Source: a phage
Sequence record: PV419677.1
Strand: one strand, 5' to 3'
DNA: 64,000 nucleotides
The notes beneath the pieces were generated by a model. The model worked only from the letters and a program-made list of their open reading frames with translations, searched no databases and was not told the origin of the DNA. Positions 63,903-64,000 of the stretch are shown here, in pieces. The translations under genes were made by a program, and so were the position numbers. Each line of letters opens with the position of its first letter. Position 1 is the first letter of the stretch.

Positions 63903-64000
63903 TTAAAGGCCAGCCAGAAGGTCGTCAAGACCATCATCGGAAGGCTCTGGAGCGCTTGGAGCAGTCGCAGTGCGTTCAGACTTAGCAGGTTTGCTGGAAG
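63903..64000 (-). CDS. gp32: ssDNA-binding protein gp32, C-terminal end (gene continues beyond window)
   Basis: Minus-strand frame ending ...EPSDDGLDDLLAGL-stop, matching the acidic C-terminus of T4 gp32; terminator hairpin just downstream. Confidence 0.6.
   Translation of the reverse strand, partial: SSKPAKSERTATAPSAPEPSDDGLDDLLAGL

Overview
This window is a roughly 64-kb segment of a T4-like myovirus (Tevenvirinae) genome, colinear with T4 from gene 7 to the 3' end of gene 32. Positions 1-25700 are a plus-strand late structural module (baseplate wedge 7-8-9-10-11, short tail fibre 12, fibritin wac, neck 13-14, 15, terminase 16-17, sheath 18, tube 19, portal 20, head core 67-68, prohead protease 21, scaffold 22, major capsid 23, vertex 24), driven by TATAAATA late promoters and ended by GC-rich hairpin terminators. 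Positions 25700-39400 are a mixed block: rnlB, two small ORFs, hoc, inh, uvsW, uvsW.1, uvsY with its flanking small ORFs, and the baseplate hub genes 25-26-51-27-28-29-48-54. Positions 39450-64000 are a densely packed minus-strand early/middle region: alt, DNA ligase 30, a string of 30.x-like small ORFs (including an HAD-like and a NADAR-domain protein), rIII, 31, cd, pseT, a spanin pair, an alc-like gene, rnlA, denA, nrdB, nrdA, td, frd and further small ORFs, each unit fronted by GTTTAC/GTGTAC...TATAAT early promoters or MotA-box middle promoters. Departures from the T4 layout as I recall it are: an HNH homing-endonuclease cassette between genes 18 and 19, tandem divergent paralogs of vertex gene 24, an unrelated small ORF where T4 has segD, an extra partial paralog of the alc-like gene, an ORF-poor 370-bp structured stretch next to rIII, and intron-free td/nrdB. 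I found no CRISPR array, tRNA or obvious complete defence system; the most system-like content is an anti-defence/host-takeover set (NADAR, Alt, pseT+rnlA, alc-like). All identifications rest on reading the translations and motifs against remembered T4 proteins; no database search was run.
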